From IMG/VR virus record IMGVR_UViG_3300042139_000023: a stretch of 64,000 bases of DNA. One strand, given 5' to 3'. Positions 1 through 8,429 of the stretch are shown here, piece by piece. The notes under the pieces are model-generated. The model did no database searches, was not told the origin of the DNA, and saw nothing but the letters and a program-made list of their open reading frames with translations. This stretch comes from a virus (taxonomy: Duplodnaviria > Caudoviricetes). A program made the translations under genes and the position numbers. The number at the start of each line of letters is the position of its first letter. Within the stretch, counting starts at the first letter, position 1.

Positions 1-351
1 ACCGGCAAGTCGGTTCCCGCCCTGGTCATCTTCCAGACCGACGGCTCGCCCAGGGACAAGAAGGCCGCCGCCCGGCGCATCTGCCAGTACGCGAACCTGC
101 CGATCTTCTGGCAGTTCGTCGGCTTCGGCGAGGACCGCGAGTACGACTACGACGACGAGGAGGGCCTGGGCTTCCTCCAGCGCCTCGACGACATCCCGGT
201 CCCGCAGTACCGGCCCATCGACAACTCGGACTTCTTCGCCGTCGGCCAGGACCCGACCGCGATGCGTGACGCCGAGCTGTACCGGCGCCTGATGAACGAG
301 TTCCCGGGCTGGCTGGCCAAGGCCCGCCAGATGGGCATCGTCCGCGTCTGA
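1..351 (+). CDS. vWA-domain protein (TerF-associated vWA type), 3' end only
   Basis: Frame +1 reads ...PALVIFQTDGSP...LPIFWQFVGFG...FLQRLDD...IDNSDFF...ELYRRLMNEFPGWL...stop at 349-351; typical C-terminal half of actinobacterial Ter-associated vWA proteins. Not in the ORF track because it is truncated by the window edge. Confidence 0.75.
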   Translation, partial: TGKSVPALVIFQTDGSPRDKKAAARRICQYANLPIFWQFVGFGEDREYDYDDEEGLGFLQRLDDIPVPQYRPIDNSDFFAVGQDPTAMRDAELYRRLMNEFPGWLAKARQMGIVRV

Positions 352-360
352 GGAGGACTC

Positions 361-558
361 ATGGCCAAGCCCGCGTACGCCCGCGAGGCGGCACAGGTGA
401 AGACGGCCCACCCGGATCTCGACGACGCCACGGCCCGGCGAGTCGCGGAGACCTACGTACAGGTCTCCCGTGACAGCGGTACGCCGCTTCCGGAGCTGCT
501 GGCCGAGTCGGTGCGAGCCGAGAACAGCTCGGCCGCAGGCAACCAGACCGGCGCCTGA
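361..558 (+). CDS. hypothetical protein (65 aa)
   Basis: GGAGG RBS at 352-356, ATG, GC3-rich codons. Confidence 0.6.
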   Translation: MAKPAYAREAAQVKTAHPDLDDATARRVAETYVQVSRDSGTPLPELLAESVRAENSSAAGNQTGA

Positions 559-572
559 CCGCAACATCCCTT

Positions 573-596
573 GAGGGGGCCCCGACGGGCCCCCTC
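573..596 (+). terminator. hairpin, putative terminator
   Basis: GAGGGGGCCC-CGAC-GGGCCCCCTC, perfect 10-bp stem. Confidence 0.6.
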
Positions 597-619
597 TGTC
601 GTACAGGAGATAAGTCGAC

Positions 620-1108
620 ATGTCGATGGCAGTTCTGTTCTACGGCTACAGCCTGGGCGTTCCCGACGACGGCGACTGGGCCATCAAGAACACGGACGAG
701 TTCGAGCCGGACTGGCTCACCGAGTACGAGGCGGCCCTGGAGAAGGATGACGACGGCGAGGGCTACGAGTTCTACATGCGCCGCGCCCTCCTGCTGGCCT
801 CCGGCGTCCCCGACGACCTGATCACCAGGGGCAACGCCGAGGCCACGCTGAAGGAACAGGGCCTGGAGGTCATCACCTTCGGGCACTCCAACACGCAGTT
901 CTACGGTCTGGCACTCGCGGGCTCCGTGTACGAGGCGGACGACTGGTCGCCGAAGTGCATTGACCCGAACTTCGAGTGGAACCCGAACATCCGCATCCCG
1001 GGCGTCGACTTCCCCGACGACGGCTACCTGCACAACGGCCTGCGCGCCCTGTCGATGGAGCCCGTCCAGGAGCGGGCCTCCTGGATCATCGCCCCTCGGG
1101 AGTACTAA
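620..1108 (+). CDS. hypothetical protein (162 aa)
   Basis: AGGAG RBS, acidic globular ORF with phage-like codon usage. Confidence 0.75.
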   Translation: MSMAVLFYGYSLGVPDDGDWAIKNTDEFEPDWLTEYEAALEKDDDGEGYEFYMRRALLLASGVPDDLITRGNAEATLKEQGLEVITFGHSNTQFYGLALAGSVYEADDWSPKCIDPNFEWNPNIRIPGVDFPDDGYLHNGLRALSMEPVQERASWIIAPREY

Positions 1109-1113
1109 AAGAC

Positions 1114-1143
1114 TTGCGATCCCCTCGCAGGATCCCGTAATGT
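1114..1143 (+). promoter_or_regulatory. sigma70/HrdB-type promoter of the RNA array
   Basis: TTGCGA (1114-1119), 18-nt spacer, TAATGT (1138-1143); predicted start near 1150-1151, exactly where RNA unit 1 begins. Confidence 0.7.
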
Positions 1144-1150
1144 TTTATCT

Positions 1151-1228
1151 GCACCCCGGAGCGTTCGTGCGAACGGTTACTTCATCCTGCGAAGAGAACA
1201 CCGGGCGCCATCTTGTTGGCCGGGGCGC
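1151..1228 (+). ncRNA. Y-RNA-like RNA unit 1 (short, no T/D arms)
   Basis: Ends pair (CCCCGG/CCGGGG); shares boxes CCGGAGCG..AACGGTTACTTC and CACCGGG..GTTGGCCGG with units 2 and 3; inner stem GCG-AA-CGGT/ACCG-GG-CGC; apical CTTC-ATCCTGC-GAAG hairpin. Confidence 0.75.
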
Positions 1229-1230
1229 GT

Positions 1231-1394
1231 AACAGAAGATCCAGAAGGGTTACCGGAGCGTTTTGAGAAACGGTTACTTCTTCTGGAAAAAGAAACTGAG
1301 GGCGGGTTCGAATCCCGTCGTTGCCGACGCTTGGCATAACTGGCAAACACCGGGTCTCGCCTAGTTGGCCGGTGGCTCCTCTGGATCTTCTGTT
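1231..1394 (+). ncRNA. Y-RNA-like RNA unit 2 with T arm and anticodon-arm-like hairpin
   Basis: Perfect 15-bp closing stem AACAGAAGATCCAGA (1231-1245)/TCTGGATCTTCTGTT (1380-1394); same conserved boxes; T arm GCGGG-TTCGAAT-CCCGT (1302-1318). Confidence 0.8.
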
Positions 1395-1399
1395 TCTCG

Positions 1400-1581
1400 G
1401 TGTGTGGGTGAGGTGCCCGGAGCGTCTTGGCAACGGTTACTTCACAGTGGAACCAAATGTTTCAGGTTCGAGTCCTGATCCGCGAGCTTGCTCGTGGATA
1501 GCTCAATTGGCAGAGCGTTGGTCGAGGAAGGTTCGAAAGAACCACCGGGGCCTATCTGTTGGCCGGGCACCCCACACATAC
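1400..1581 (+). ncRNA. yrlA: YrlA-like Y RNA unit 3 with complete circularly permuted tRNA module
   Basis: T arm TCAGG-TTCGAGT-CCTGA (1462-1478), acceptor-like stem TCCGCGAG/CTCGTGGA closed by CTTG loop (1479-1498), TA, D arm GCTC-AATTGGCA-GAGC (1501-1516), ACCAA (1452-1456)/TTGGT (1518-1522) in the anticodon-stem position; adjacent to a Ro60 gene. Confidence 0.85.
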
Positions 1582-1592
1582 ATCGAGACGCG

Positions 1593-1625
1593 CCCCCTGC
1601 TCCCATCCCGGGACAGGGGGTTTTT
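1593..1625 (+). terminator. intrinsic terminator between RNA array and Ro60 CDS
   Basis: CCCCCTG-C-TCCC-loop-GGGA-CAGGGGG followed by TTTTT. Confidence 0.75.
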
Positions 1626-1651
1626 GCGTTTCAAGGAAAGGGAGAAGGGTC

Positions 1652-3343
1652 ATGGCAACGTTCAACAAGCCGGGCGCGAAGGCGCGCGTCACGTCCCAGG
1701 TGAAGACGACCGGCACGACCAAGACGTTCGAAGGCGCGAGCGGTTTCACGCGCAGCCCGCTGTCGGACCTCTACCTGCTCTCGGTGTCCAACCTCGTCGG
1801 CAAGGACGCGTTCTACGAGCGCGCCAGCGACCGCAACGAGCGCTACGTGGACCTCCTGCACGGCACCGCCCTGCTGGAGCAGGAGCACGTCACGGCCATG
1901 CTGCCGTGGCTGCGCACCGACGGCTACATGCGCACCACGTCGCTCCTCGCGGCGGCCGAGGTCGCCAAGACGCTCTGCGACGAGCACCGGTACAAGGGCG
2001 TCGAGGACATGGTCGACGGGGTGCTCCAGCGTGCCGACGAGCCGGGCGAGTTCATCGCCTACTGGTTCTCGATCGCGGGCAAGGCGTGGCCGAAGCGCTA
2101 CCTGCCGGTCAAGAAGGGCCTGAAGCGGGCCGTCGCACGCCTGTACACCGAGTACTCGTACAGCAAGTACGACTCGCCGCGCCGGGCCTACCGGTTCGCC
2201 GACGTGATCGACATCGTCCACCCGGCGCCGACCGCCCAGTGGCAGTCGGACCTGTTCCGGCTGATCCTCGACCGGCGCCACGGGCACAGCGGCGCGATCA
2301 CGCCGACCCTGTCGATGACGCGCAACCAGCGCGAGTGGCGCCAGGCGGCTGCGGGTGTCCCGCGCAAGGCGTCGGCCGAGTACATCTACGGGTCGGGCCT
2401 GATCGCCCCGCAGGTGCTCAAGGACGCGGGCCTCACGTGGGAGGACGTGCTGTCGGAGCTGGGCGGCAAGGTCGACAAGAAGCTGCTGTGGGAGGCGATG
2501 ATCCCGACCATGGCGCCGGGCGCGCTGATCAAGAACCTGCGCAACTTCGACGAGGCCGGTGTCTCCGACGCCTCGGCCGACGCGGTGGCGAAGGTGCTCT
2601 CGGACAGCGAGCGCGTGCGGAAGGCCCGGCTCTTCCCGTACCGCTTCCTGTCGGCGTACCGCGCCCTGTCGTCGCTGCGCTGGGGCCACACCCTGGAGCG
2701 CGGCCTGGCGGGTTCGCTGGAGCTGGTTCCGACCCTGCGGGGGAAGACCCTGATCCTCGTGGACCGCAGCCCGTCCATGTTCCCGGGCATGTGGGGTTCC
2801 ACCCCGCACAAGGGGGACATCTCGCTGGCCGACCAGGCGGCGCTCTTCGGGGCGGCGCTGGCCGTGAAGGCGCAGGACGCCAAGCTCGTCGAGTTCGGTG
2901 GCGACCAGGCGCTCGGCGGCTGGAACAGCCGGGGTGGCGGCGCCGGTTCGCGCACGGTCAACGTGCCGCGCGGGGCGAGCGTCCTGAAGATCGTCGAGAG
3001 CTTCGGCCCGTCGATCAACGGGACCGACATCCCGCGCGCCGTGAAGGACAACTTCACGAGCGAGTTCAACCGCGTCGTGATCGTCACGGACGAGCAGTCG
3101 CGGCCGGGCTGGCTCCCGTCGAACATGGGCGGGCGCACCTACGGCATGCCGGAGACGCGGATCGACGACCTGATCCCGAAGACCGTTCCGGTCTACCTGT
3201 GGAACATGGCGGGCTACGCGGGCTCCATCCTGGAGACCGGTGGCACCAACCGTCACTGCTTCGGTGGCCTCTCGGACGCGAGCTTCGGCCTGATCCAGCT
3301 TCTGGAGCAGGGCAAGAACGCGCCGTGGCCGTGGATGAAGTGA
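1652..3343 (+). CDS. rsr: Ro60/TROVE-domain RNA-binding protein with C-terminal vWA (Rsr orthologue)
   Basis: MATFN..TFEGASGF..SDLYLLSVSN..FYE..WLRTDGYMRT..QRADEPGEFIAYW..LYTEYSYSKYD..LIKNLRNF..RLFPYRFLSAY, then vWA LILVDRSPSM..GTDI..VVIVTDEQ..WNMAGY; RBS then ATG 1652. Confidence 0.9.
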   Translation: MATFNKPGAKARVTSQVKTTGTTKTFEGASGFTRSPLSDLYLLSVSNLVGKDAFYERASDRNERYVDLLHGTALLEQEHVTAMLPWLRTDGYMRTTSLLAAAEVAKTLCDEHRYKGVEDMVDGVLQRADEPGEFIAYWFSIAGKAWPKRYLPVKKGLKRAVARLYTEYSYSKYDSPRRAYRFADVIDIVHPAPTAQWQSDLFRLILDRRHGHSGAITPTLSMTRNQREWRQAAAGVPRKASAEYIYGSGLIAPQVLKDAGLTWEDVLSELGGKVDKKLLWEAMIPTMAPGALIKNLRNFDEAGVSDASADAVAKVLSDSERVRKARLFPYRFLSAYRALSSLRWGHTLERGLAGSLELVPTLRGKTLILVDRSPSMFPGMWGSTPHKGDISLADQAALFGAALAVKAQDAKLVEFGGDQALGGWNSRGGGAGSRTVNVPRGASVLKIVESFGPSINGTDIPRAVKDNFTSEFNRVVIVTDEQSRPGWLPSNMGGRTYGMPETRIDDLIPKTVPVYLWNMAGYAGSILETGGTNRHCFGGLSDASFGLIQLLEQGKNAPWPWMK

Positions 3344-3355
3344 CGTAGGGCACAG

Positions 3356-3382
3356 GACCCCCTCCTCGCCGGAGGGGGTCTT
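3356..3382 (+). terminator. terminator after Ro60 gene
   Basis: GACCCCCTCC-TCGCC-GGAGGGGGTC-TT. Confidence 0.7.
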
Positions 3383-3446
3383 CGTGTTTCCATGCCCCTC
3401 AACTTTCGCTAGGATTGGATAAGTTGAGGAAAGGTAGGAGAGACGG

Positions 3447-3845
3447 ATGGCAAATTCATTCGAGACCGGCGGGGAAGTCCTGACGGTCGGCAGCAAGGTC
3501 GTCGTGTTCGACGGCAACAGCCAGCGCGAGCTGGCCATCACCAGCATCGGAACCAAGCGGGTCTTCATCGAGTCGGCGTACGGCTTCAGGCCGGTCCCCT
3601 TCAGCAAGGAGGACCGCACGTCCCAGCAGGGGGCCTACCACCAGTACTTCAAGACGCTGACCGAAGTGGCCCTGGAGCAGGAGCGGGCGGTCGCGAAGTC
3701 CCGCCTGCGCGACCTGGGGATCGAGGCCAGGATTTCCGGCCACGGCAAGGACGGCCTGGACCCCTACTCCGTGGACACGCTGCGCGAGATCGCCGGGATC
3801 CTGGAGGCTGCGAAGCTCAAGTTCGAGCAATCCCAACAAGGTTGA
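3447..3845 (+). CDS. hypothetical protein (132 aa)
   Basis: AGGAG RBS; upstream TAGGAT -10 at 3410-3415. Confidence 0.7.
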   Translation: MANSFETGGEVLTVGSKVVVFDGNSQRELAITSIGTKRVFIESAYGFRPVPFSKEDRTSQQGAYHQYFKTLTEVALEQERAVAKSRLRDLGIEARISGHGKDGLDPYSVDTLREIAGILEAAKLKFEQSQQG

Positions 3846-3868
3846 GGCATTTCGACCCGGGGCTGTGC

Positions 3869-3884
3869 TAAGCTGGCCTAGGCC
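3869..3884 (+). promoter_or_regulatory. -10 box plus GGCCTAGGCC operator
   Basis: TG-extended TAAGCT (3869-3874) immediately followed by palindrome 3875-3884. Confidence 0.7.
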
Positions 3885-3898
3885 GAAAGGGGAAGTAC

Positions 3899-4207
3899 GT
3901 GCAGACCTTCTACGACAGCACCTACGTGGCGAAGCACCTCGGCGTCAGCAAGTCGACCGTCATCAACTGGGTCGACCGGCCGACGGCGGCCTTCCCCATG
4001 CCTGCCGCATCGGTCCGCTACGGCGACCGGCCCCGTCAGGAGAACCCCTCCTGGACCGGCGACCAGCTCCCGCTTCTGCGCGAGTGGCTGGCACACCGGC
4101 TGGACCTGAGCGACCCGGCGGCGCACTGGGCCCTCATCGACAACGGAGGGCAGCCGCCCGGGGGTCACCAGGATCAGGGCGCCCTCTTCGACTCCGAAGG
4201 AACGTGA
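3899..4207 (+). CDS. helix-turn-helix DNA-binding protein (AlpA/excisionase-like)
   Basis: YDSTYVAKHLGVSKSTVINWVDR HTH; GAAAGGGG RBS, GTG start. Confidence 0.7.
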   Translation: MQTFYDSTYVAKHLGVSKSTVINWVDRPTAAFPMPAASVRYGDRPRQENPSWTGDQLPLLREWLAHRLDLSDPAAHWALIDNGGQPPGGHQDQGALFDSEGT

Positions 4208-4807
4208 TGTCCTACCTGGCCAGAATGCTTGTCGTGATGGTTCCGGCGCTCCTGATCAACGAGGAGGTCAACTTCTTCGCGGCGATGACGTGGGTCTTCG
4301 CCTGCTGGATGATCCGCCTCAGCATGTCCGAGAGGATCTGGATCCGCCGATGAAGCCGCACGAACTGCGCTACGTCTTCGTGGCGATGGTCCTGTCGGTC
4401 GGTGTCGCGTTCGGCATCGCCATCCCTCTGGGAGAGCCCATCGGGCCCTGGGGGTTCACCGCCTACCTGATCACGTTCTACGTGGTCTACCAGAACAGCG
4501 AATGGCTGAACCGGGCGATCGAGAAGATCGCCAACGGAAGGGAGCAGAAGAAGTGAAGCCGATCAAGGACGTGGACGACCACCTCGTGGCCCACGACGTC
4601 GCTTCGATCACGGTTGCCGGAGTGCTCGGCGCCGCAGCCGTGGCGGTCACCGGATCGCCCGAGGCGGGTATCGCGGCGGCCGGTGTCATCGCCACCACGG
4701 GCATCGGCGGCATGAAGGTCGGGCCCGTGCGCCGCACCGTCAACCGCGCCGCTCTGGCGGTCGCGGAGATCGGCCCCCTCAAGAAGGTCCCGGGGCGCAA
4801 GTCGTGA
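4207..4807 (+). CDS. three small overlapping hydrophobic ORFs (4207-4353, 4350-4556, 4553-4807)
   Basis: Translationally coupled by 1-4 nt overlaps; each has one or two predicted TM segments. Confidence 0.6.
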
Positions 4808-5301
4808 AGGCCGAGGTGCGCACCTTCCCGGTCGAGTGGCTGGAGCGTCACCACATCGCCGTCGAGGGCATGAGCAAGCTCGTCGTGCACCGTGAGTTCG
4901 TCGAGCACCAGGAGTACGGCTCCCTGTGGTCCGTCGTCTTCATGGACGAGGGCCGCTACTGGAAGGCGTCCTACCTGGAGCCGAACACCTCTGCGGTCCA
5001 CGTCGACACCTGGGGCAACGACTTGGACATCCCGGCGGTCGAGGTCCGGCCGGTGCCGAAGTTCGTCACCGAGTGGGTCGCCACCACGTCCAGCCGGGGC
5101 GGCACGTGCAAGGCCGCCCTGACCGAGACATTCAGCGACAAGGTGCTCGGACCCTGTGGTCTCGCCGCGCCGTTCCTGCTGGCCGTCACCAAGGGCAACA
5201 AGGTCGAGAGCCTGGAGCGCTGCGTAGCACATGCGCATCAGATGATGTCCTCGCCCGAGACGTTCCCCCTGATCGAGGAGGTGCGGCGCAGGTGGCACTG
5301 A
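4804..5301 (+). CDS. hypothetical protein (165 aa)
   Basis: Coupled GTGA overlap; Cys/His near C-terminus. Confidence 0.65.
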   Translation: MKAEVRTFPVEWLERHHIAVEGMSKLVVHREFVEHQEYGSLWSVVFMDEGRYWKASYLEPNTSAVHVDTWGNDLDIPAVEVRPVPKFVTEWVATTSSRGGTCKAALTETFSDKVLGPCGLAAPFLLAVTKGNKVESLERCVAHAHQMMSSPETFPLIEEVRRRWH

Positions 5302-5519
5302 CCCTCATCGGCGACCACGTGTTCCGGGGTGAACGTCACTGCCTCTTCCCGAACTGCGGCCAGCCCGAGGCGGCGCACCGCGAGTCGGCTGACGCCCGGC
5401 TCCCGCAGGTGCCTCACTGGTTCATCGGCATCCGCCTGTGCACCTGCTGCGGCATCGGATTCAACCACCCGTCCCACTGCTTCTCGCCTGCCTGGGCGAG
5501 GGCGGTCCTGAGCCGGTAG
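5292..5519 (+). CDS. small Cys/His-rich protein
   Basis: HCLFPNC..H..CTCC..H..HC pattern; GTG at 5292. Confidence 0.5.
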   Translation: MALTLIGDHVFRGERHCLFPNCGQPEAAHRESADARLPQVPHWFIGIRLCTCCGIGFNHPSHCFSPAWARAVLSR

Positions 5520-5535
5520 CCCCCGAGGAGGGGCC

Positions 5536-5745
5536 ATGAATCTCCACATCGACCTGGCGGTACTTCTCGCGATCGTCCTGTTCTTCCGGCTCCGTCCCTC
5601 AGAGGAGCCGCGCAGCTCGGGCAGTGTGCAAGTCACGGCAGTTCTGGTGCTGGTTTTCGGACTCCTCATCGCAGGGACGAACACGGGACAGATCGCTCTC
5701 GACGCGGTCAAGGGCACCGTAGGGATGCTGGGCCAGATCGGCTAG
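5536..5745 (+). CDS. small two-TM protein of the type seen in Streptomyces plasmids/AICEs
   Basis: MNLHIDLAVLLAIVLFFRLR..TAVLVLVFGLLIAGT; GAGGAGG RBS. Confidence 0.6.
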   Translation: MNLHIDLAVLLAIVLFFRLRPSEEPRSSGSVQVTAVLVLVFGLLIAGTNTGQIALDAVKGTVGMLGQIG

Positions 5746-5779
5746 AAATAGGCTGGGCGCTCAGCGAGAAAGGAACGCC

Positions 5780-6786
5780 ATGGCCGACACGGAAAGCGAC
5801 CCGGAGCGCATCAGGGTCATACGAGAACTCCTGGCTGAAGCCGAGGGTGAAAGCTCCCACACGATGGAGGACGCGGTCGCCCGGCAAGGAGCCGTGACGT
5901 TCCTGAGCTGGAAGCTGCGCGATGCGGAAAGGATGCAGGCCCATGGAGGGTGAGAATCTGCCGGAAGTCCGGCTGGAATGCCTGGACGAGGAGGCGGCGG
6001 AGAAGGTCATGGAGCACGTTCGTGGAGTGCCCGAGGCCAGGCGAGGAAACAACCACGCCCGCCGCGAAGGGGCGACCATCGTCATCACGTACACCAACAA
6101 GATGTGGCCCTACGACCTGGCCGACATGGCGGGCGAGCTGAGGCTGGCCGGAGATGCGGAGTCGGCGGCGGTGTTCGCATGCCTCTGAACGAACCCTCCG
6201 ACCTGGGTGGCGGCCGTGGCCTGTACATGTACGGCGGCAGCGAGGTGAAGATGCGGGACGGGGGACGCCTGCGCGTGCAGGACTCCTCGGCTGCCGAGAG
6301 TCCGCACCTCCGGCTGTACTTCGAGAAGGGTGAGCATGGAAGCCCGGAGCCGCACCTGAACCTGGAAGCCGTCATCGAGCTGCGCGACCGCCTGAACCAG
6401 GCGATCCGCGCCATCAGGGAAGACTGGGGCGACGCCGTCGTGCGCGCCGCCTACAGGGAGGTCGCCCGTAACCGGGCGGCAGAGCGAGAAGGAGAAGAGA
6501 CGTGCTGAAGCACGAGGAGGACGCCCGGAAGGTGCACCCGAAGGCTGAGGACTTCCGGCCCGTCATGGCCGGTCTTCCGCTGGCCAAGCGGGTCGTCGGC
6601 TGGACTTTCTCCGTCCCCCGCGACCCCGGGCAGGACTACAGCCACGACGGCTACTCGTGGGTGGACCTCAGCGGCGACGTGCCGAACGACACCTACAACA
6701 CCGAGCATGTGGCCGCGAGCGTCATGAAGGCGCACCTGCGGCAGAAGAACCAGGTGCCCGTGAACGAACTGGAGAAGCGCGCGTGA
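5780..6786 (+). CDS. four small hypothetical ORFs (5780-5953, 5943-6188, 6179-6508, 6502-6786)
   Basis: Chain of overlapping ORFs with RBSs and GC3 bias. Confidence 0.55.
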
Positions 6787-8429
6787 AGACCCTGCGTCCC
6801 TACCAGGAGGAGACGCGGCGCATCCTGGCCGGAGGTGGCATCAACGCCTCCGGCCTCGGTGCCGGTAAGACCGTCACCAGCGTTGAGGCGGTGCGTCTGC
6901 TCAAGCTCGGCCGCATGCCCCGCGTCCTCGTGGTGGCCCCGATCAACACCCTTGGTCAGTGGCAGCGGACCTTCGAGGAGCAGTTCCCGTCGCTTGCGGA
7001 GAAGGGCCTTACCCGGCTCCTCGGGACGCACCGCAAGGACACCGAGAACTGGACCGCACTGACCTCCCGAGCGAAGCCGCCCGGCGTCTTCATCATCGGA
7101 TGGAACGCCATGCACGGCGGTATACCCGAGGACATCCGGCGCCGGGCGTCCAACGGCCGCAACGCTCTGGCCAAGGAGCCCAAGGCGACCAAGGCGGCTG
7201 CCCTGAAGGCGATGAAGGAGGGCACCGTCCCGCCGTGGACCCGGACCGGAACCTGGGATCTGGTCATCCTCGACGAGTCCCACCGGATGGTGAACCGGCA
7301 CGGCGTCCCCCGTTACGTCCTGAAGTGCATCAAGGCGGACCGCTGGCTCCTCCTGTCGGCCACGCCTGGCGGCAACAAGCCGGAGGGCCTGTGGACCCCG
7401 CTGAACCTGATCTGGCCCGACCGGTATCCGGCGTTCCACGACTGGGCCCGCGCGCACTTCCACATGGACGACAAGAGCTACTACAAGGCGGGCAAGAAGG
7501 TCGAGGTCGAGACCATCGGGGACGAGCTGGTTCCCGGCGGCGTCTGGCGCGACATCCCGGCCGTGGTCCGGTATCGCACGGAAGAGGTCGTTGACCAGCT
7601 TCCGCCGGTCATCGAGCGGGAGATCCTGGTACCGCTCGGCGCTGAGCAGCTTGAGCAGTACCGCGACTTCGAGGGGCAGTCCCTGGCATGGCTGGCTGAT
7701 CAGCCAGTCGCCGCACCGCTACCGGTGGAACAGCGCACCCGACTGCGACAGGCCGCCCTGGGGACGCTTCGGGCCGACGAGGTGACCAGCAGGAAGAAGA
7801 GCTGGGTCACCCCACAGAAGCACTTCGAGCTGCGTATGGACGCCAGGGTGTACGACCTGAAGGTGTTGGAGGAGAAGACCGACGAGGACACCGGCCAGAC
7901 GAAGGTCCACGTCTCCTACGCGATCGACAAGCTGGAGATCTCCTACGAGGAGAACGCCCCGCAGCCGAAGCTGACGGCACTGATCGACCTGCTCGCCGAC
8001 CTTCCTCCAGAGGAGCCCCTTCTGGTGTGGACACACTCCGCACGCTGGGCCCGGATGGCAGAGAAGGCGCTCGGCTCGCAGGCCGTGGCCTGGACGATGA
8101 AGACCACGTCGGCCAAGCGGAAGCAGATCGAGACGGGGTTCGGCACCGAGTGGCGGGTGCTGATCGCTCAGCTCCAGTCCCTCTCGGAGGGCGTGGACTG
8201 GCTGAAGGATGTCTGCCGGTGTGAGGCGATCATCTCCTACACCGAGGACAACGTGATGAACGAGCAGGCGGAGGGGCGCCTGCACCGGCCTGGCCAGACG
8301 TCACCGGTTCAGCGCTGGAGATTCACGAGCGTCGGCACGATCGACGACGAGGTATACCTGAACAACCTGGAGAAGAGGTCCCGGATGGGATCGCTCTACC
8401 GGGACGACTCGGAAAGAGAGAAGGCGTAA
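6783..8429 (+). CDS. SNF2-family (SF2) helicase
   Basis: LRPYQ Q-motif, GLGAGKT, LVILDESHRM (DExH), LSATP, QSLSEGVD, QAEGRLHRPGQ. Confidence 0.9.
   Translation: MKTLRPYQEETRRILAGGGINASGLGAGKTVTSVEAVRLLKLGRMPRVLVVAPINTLGQWQRTFEEQFPSLAEKGLTRLLGTHRKDTENWTALTSRAKPPGVFIIGWNAMHGGIPEDIRRRASNGRNALAKEPKATKAAALKAMKEGTVPPWTRTGTWDLVILDESHRMVNRHGVPRYVLKCIKADRWLLLSATPGGNKPEGLWTPLNLIWPDRYPAFHDWARAHFHMDDKSYYKAGKKVEVETIGDELVPGGVWRDIPAVVRYRTEEVVDQLPPVIEREILVPLGAEQLEQYRDFEGQSLAWLADQPVAAPLPVEQRTRLRQAALGTLRADEVTSRKKSWVTPQKHFELRMDARVYDLKVLEEKTDEDTGQTKVHVSYAIDKLEISYEENAPQPKLTALIDLLADLPPEEPLLVWTHSARWARMAEKALGSQAVAWTMKTTSAKRKQIETGFGTEWRVLIAQLQSLSEGVDWLKDVCRCEAIISYTEDNVMNEQAEGRLHRPGQTSPVQRWRFTSVGTIDDEVYLNNLEKRSRMGSLYRDDSEREKA

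Noticed and set aside
1290-1522. Functional tRNA genes (TTCGA T loops, D loop)
   Set aside because: Arms are in permuted order, the acceptor end is closed by a loop and there is no CCA end; better explained as Y-RNA tRNA mimics
1151-1581. CRISPR array (three repeats) with the Cas4-like gene
   Set aside because: Repeats are two separated boxes with covarying structure and unequal inserts; no cas1/cas2; the Cas4-like gene sits with a RecT-like gene as an ordinary phage exonuclease
1559-1651. Longer Ro60 start at 1559
   Set aside because: Overlaps RNA unit 3 and the terminator; ATG 1652 has the RBS and the family-typical N-terminus
1321-3619. Long alternative ORFs 1321-3348 (+) and 1631-3619 (-), and the many similar long overlapping ORFs (e.g. 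40200-42509, 43469-45346, 52079-55765)
   Set aside because: Shadow frames of high-GC genes: Arg/Gly/Pro-rich or antisense, no motifs, no RBS
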